DNA of 29,025 bases, taken from a virus. Taxonomy: Duplodnaviria > Caudoviricetes. The position numbers were made by a program, and so were the translations under genes. Below are positions 26,251 to 29,025 of this stretch, piece after piece (the first letter of the stretch is position 1; each line of letters begins with the position of its first letter). Location of the stretch: positions 1-29,025 of IMG/VR virus record IMGVR_UViG_3300037501_000260. One strand, written 5' to 3'. The notes under the pieces were generated by a model that ran no database searches, was not told where the DNA came from, and saw nothing but the letters and a program-made list of their open reading frames with translations.

Positions 26251-26930
26251 TATTGACAAAACCGGTCAACCAACAAAAAATATCTCCGCCAGGCACAGCG
26301 CCAATTTTTTGGAACAAATTTAATTCAGCGATAGGAACTACCATTTCATCGGAAATCGGCGCTGATGTAGAATGTAATGAGCCAACGTTTGTCGCCGGAG
26401 TCTTCGGCAATGCAATCTACGCGCCGACAGCATCGCATGAATTATACAAGACACAATACACAGTTCCACGCGATGGTTGCTGCGAGATGTGGTTCAAGTC
26501 TGACGGATGGGACTGGGTCGGTAATAATCCCTCCGACGGGGCACAACATGTGTTCTACTATTCATGGGATACGCCTGTAACAGGAATAATTTTTTCTTTT
26601 GATCCAGGTGGTATCAGCGTATATGTATACGATGGCGACGGCAATTTACTTGATTATTTTGTCATGTCAACAATATCAGATATATATCGCGATATATGGA
26701 CGCATCTTGCATTGACATGGTCGTATACTAATGGTCGCGTGAGGTTGTATATCGATGGCACGATGGAGGACGAGTACAATTCTTTTGCGGTTGATATGGA
26801 CGGGTTCACACAATATTTGTCGATTGGTACATATTGGGCAGGGAGTTTGGAAATCAAAGGTGCTATAGACAATTTAAAAATTTACGATTTTGAAAAAACC
26901 GATTTTTCTGATAGGTTCGTTGAGGGTTGA
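26247..26930 (+). CDS. LamG/concanavalin A-like lectin domain protein
   Basis: EMWFK, WTHLALTW, RLYIDG, LSIG, GAIDNLKIYD. Confidence 0.85.
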   Translation: MILTKPVNQQKISPPGTAPIFWNKFNSAIGTTISSEIGADVECNEPTFVAGVFGNAIYAPTASHELYKTQYTVPRDGCCEMWFKSDGWDWVGNNPSDGAQHVFYYSWDTPVTGIIFSFDPGGISVYVYDGDGNLLDYFVMSTISDIYRDIWTHLALTWSYTNGRVRLYIDGTMEDEYNSFAVDMDGFTQYLSIGTYWAGSLEIKGAIDNLKIYDFEKTDFSDRFVEG

Positions 26931-26954
26931 CGATTGCGTTTTTGTAATTATTAT
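26927..26954 (+). promoter_or_regulatory. Putative moron promoter
   Basis: TTGACG, 16 bp, TATTAT. Confidence 0.55.
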
Positions 26955-27021
26955 TATAGCGTGAGAATTCTACGCGGGCGGCGTGGGATTATCATATCAA
27001 AAAAAATCGGAGGTTAAACCG

Positions 27022-27615
27022 ATGAAAATTATCTGTCTGTTACTCTCGTTTTGCGTCGCGCTATCCGCGGCGGATATTTATAGCGATGTCAAAAATGGAT
27101 ATTGCTATGAAGCGGCGTACAATTTTGTTGGTGTCGAGCCGGCATCGAACGTAACTGCGCTTATCACGTGCGGCAACGCACCGGTGTATCTCAACGCAGT
27201 GTTATCGGTCGATGGCAGCGGCGGGTACGCGGTGTGCAATATCAAACTCGCGAAAGACGTAGATTTTACAAACTCTGCAATCGCATCAAACACGTATGTC
27301 GCTGGGTCTCTGTCTAACCAGCAGGTCAGCGGCGTGTTTGATCTGCAGAACGCTAACCTCGCGCCGGTGATTTCTCAATCGCAGCCTGCATACACAGCAT
27401 ATCAGGGCGGCGTGCGCGAAACGTTTTTGATGGTGAGTAACGTTGGCAATATCACAAAAAATATCGCATTTTTCGGGACGGTAGGAAACAAAGTATTCAA
27501 AATGGAAACTCCTATTTTGCTTTACCCGAAGAAGACGTATTTTTTGATGGTTTCCAACAGCGCTGCTGCCGCTACGAACATAAGCGGAACGCTCATCGTA
27601 CAGATACGTAAGTAA
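27022..27615 (+). CDS. Secreted beta-rich protein (moron)
   Basis: GGAGGT SD; signal peptide MKIICLLLSFCVALSA. Confidence 0.75.
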   Translation: MKIICLLLSFCVALSAADIYSDVKNGYCYEAAYNFVGVEPASNVTALITCGNAPVYLNAVLSVDGSGGYAVCNIKLAKDVDFTNSAIASNTYVAGSLSNQQVSGVFDLQNANLAPVISQSQPAYTAYQGGVRETFLMVSNVGNITKNIAFFGTVGNKVFKMETPILLYPKKTYFLMVSNSAAAATNISGTLIVQIRK

Positions 27616-27626
27616 GTGTGGTTGAT

Positions 27627-27656
27627 AAGGCGGGGAGAAAATCCCCGCCTTTTTTT
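27627..27656 (+). terminator. Rho-independent terminator
   Basis: aaggcgggga-gaaaa-tccccgcctt followed by a T run. Confidence 0.9.
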
Positions 27657-27665
27657 GGAGGCAGT

Positions 27666-27887
27666 ATGCAAGCTCTGCGGGATGAAAAAGGAAAAACGTC
27701 ATCGATGCGCGTGATGTCTTTCATAATGCTTTTTGCAAGCATTGGTTTTTTGGCTTGCATCGGATACAATGTAATCATAGGACATTCCATTGACACGAAC
27801 GCAATTTTTATTTTTTTGATTTGCATTTGTGGCGCGTTCGCCCCGAAAACAATACAGAAGTTCGCGGAAAAAGAACTGTCGAGATGA
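27666..27887 (+). CDS. Putative holin (2 TM)
   Basis: GGAGG SD; two hydrophobic helices, charged C-terminus, upstream of endolysin. Confidence 0.65.
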   Translation: MQALRDEKGKTSSMRVMSFIMLFASIGFLACIGYNVIIGHSIDTNAIFIFLICICGAFAPKTIQKFAEKELSR

Positions 27888-28024
27888 AGCGGGAAAACAA
27901 GATAAAAAAAGTGATGGAAGAGTATAGGCATGGAAAACTCAAAAGCAGCAGCGGGAAAAAAGTTATCAAGCCGGAACAAGCGATTGCGATTGCGCTTGCG
28001 GAAGCGGGGAGGAGGAAAAGATGA
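27884..28024 (+). CDS. Small basic DUF6496-like protein
   Basis: KVMEEYRHGKLKSSSGKKV...QAIAIALAEA. Confidence 0.7.
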   Translation: MKRENKIKKVMEEYRHGKLKSSSGKKVIKPEQAIAIALAEAGRRKR

Positions 28025-28509
28025 TAGAAAGAAAGATATCGGAGATCGTAGTCCATCACTCCGCGTCTGCGTTTGGAGATGCACAGCTCATCAGGCACTG
28101 GCACGTCGATGAGCGCGGGTGGGGCGATATAGGATATCATTATGTTATCTGCAACGGGCGCGCAAAAAAGGATAGTGCTTTCTCGCCGCTTCTCGACGGG
28201 CTTATCGAGTTTGGACGCGATATATCAATCCCTGGAGCGCACGTACCGGAAGTCAATCCAACATCAATCGGAATATGTCTGATAGGCGAAAAAAGAGAAG
28301 ACTATACCGATAGGCAGTTGCAATCGCTTGTGATGTTGATAGCATTACTCAAGCGCGCGTATCCTTTTGCGGAGGTCAAGGCGCACAAAGAATATGATCC
28401 GTCCAATAAGCCGATGTGCCCTGATATTGGTATGGACTCTTTACGCGCAAAAATATCGGCATACGAAACGATAGCTTCTTCCGCTTTCAAAAATCTTGTT
28501 TTTTGGTGA
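28021..28509 (+). CDS. Endolysin, N-acetylmuramoyl-L-alanine amidase (Amidase_2, T7 lysozyme type)
   Basis: IVVHHS, GWGDIGYHYVI, GAHV, SIGICLIG, AHKE..KPMCP (His/His/Cys zinc ligands). Confidence 0.93.
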   Translation: MIERKISEIVVHHSASAFGDAQLIRHWHVDERGWGDIGYHYVICNGRAKKDSAFSPLLDGLIEFGRDISIPGAHVPEVNPTSIGICLIGEKREDYTDRQLQSLVMLIALLKRAYPFAEVKAHKEYDPSNKPMCPDIGMDSLRAKISAYETIASSAFKNLVFW

Positions 28510-28512
28510 TCT

Positions 28513-29025
28513 ATGCACGCTGGAAAAGGTTTTTTGCAATTTTTGTTGCGCTCTTGTGTCACGTCGTATTTTGATCCGCGCACACACAAACTCAATCCAG
28601 ATGCGTATAATGGAAATGGAAGTCTCAAGAAAGAATATGAAGGCAGCGTTGAAGATTATTTGCCGTATGATAGCCACGAATGGTTTTACGGCGGCAATGA
28701 TTGCGGTTTCACTTGGGCGAGAACTTTGTATGGGCAAAAAACTTTTGGTGTTACACTACGGGGTACATATAATACCATAGGGTGGGCTTTGAACTTTGTC
28801 GCTGAAAAAAATTATGTGATGGACTATGAACCTTGGGGGAGCGTCACTGCTACAGGGATAGCGGTACATGCCGGTTTCCATTTTGGCGTCAAAAGCATAT
28901 TTGATATTGTACTTTCCCGCGCTCGTGATGCGCTTGATCGCGGCGCGGTACGTATCATCGTTACTGGGCACAGCAGAGGTGCAGCGATAGCGCAAGGTGT
29001 TGCTGTTGGGCTTCAAAAAATTTTA
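28513..29025 (+). CDS. Class 3 lipase, N-terminal part (continues to 475)
   Basis: ATG 3 nt after the amidase stop; VTLRGT, W..N, VHAGFH, VTGHSRGAA; no stop before the window end. Confidence 0.9.
   Translation, partial: MHAGKGFLQFLLRSCVTSYFDPRTHKLNPDAYNGNGSLKKEYEGSVEDYLPYDSHEWFYGGNDCGFTWARTLYGQKTFGVTLRGTYNTIGWALNFVAEKNYVMDYEPWGSVTATGIAVHAGFHFGVKSIFDIVLSRARDALDRGAVRIIVTGHSRGAAIAQGVAVGLQKIL
28884..29025. repeat. Terminal direct repeat, right copy
   Basis: Matches 1-142 with one mismatch. Confidence 0.97.

Noticed and set aside
23309-26930. Possible diversity-generating retroelement targeting tail genes
   Set aside because: No reverse transcriptase and no adenine-mismatched TR/VR pair seen
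28513-28560. Possible lipobox in the lipase N-terminus (FLLRSC)
   Set aside because: Short hydrophobic stretch with Arg at -2; better explained as the first helix of the lipase fold
28496-28780. 94-aa + strand ORF in the track
   Set aside because: Overlaps the lipase in another frame; the lipase frame has the conserved motifs
1-29025. Alternative genetic code or stop-codon recoding
   Set aside because: Genes tile densely under the standard code with TAA, TGA and TAG all used as stops

Overview
The window is an apparently complete, circularly closed genome of a small tailed phage (about 28,883 bp). Bases 1-142 repeat at 28884-29025 with one synonymous mismatch. All credible genes are on the + strand. 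Gene order is: control region with sigma70-type promoter; early genes; RecT/Red-beta-like annealing protein; Gp157-like protein; RHH and HTH regulators; Dam-like methyltransferase; a separately promoted replisome organizer plus DnaC-like loader; nin-like nucleases; a membrane-anchored lysozyme-like protein; GNAT; terminase; portal; scaffold; capsid; adaptor; nozzle; ejection proteins (podovirus-like, no tape measure or sheath); tail fibre/lectin genes; a moron; and a lysis cassette. No integrase, partition system, DNA polymerase, tRNA or CRISPR array was recognised. The main observations are: (1) the holin-amidase cassette ends in a class-3 lipase that spans the assembly junction, with no recognisable spanin; (2) a structured leader and 37-aa leader ORF are coupled to the SD-less replication initiator; (3) a TerS-like domain is fused in frame to TerL; (4) glycan-binding modules are inserted into the adaptor and nozzle; (5) the control region has paired 8-8-8 palindromes. 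All family assignments come from motif recognition by eye, not database searches.
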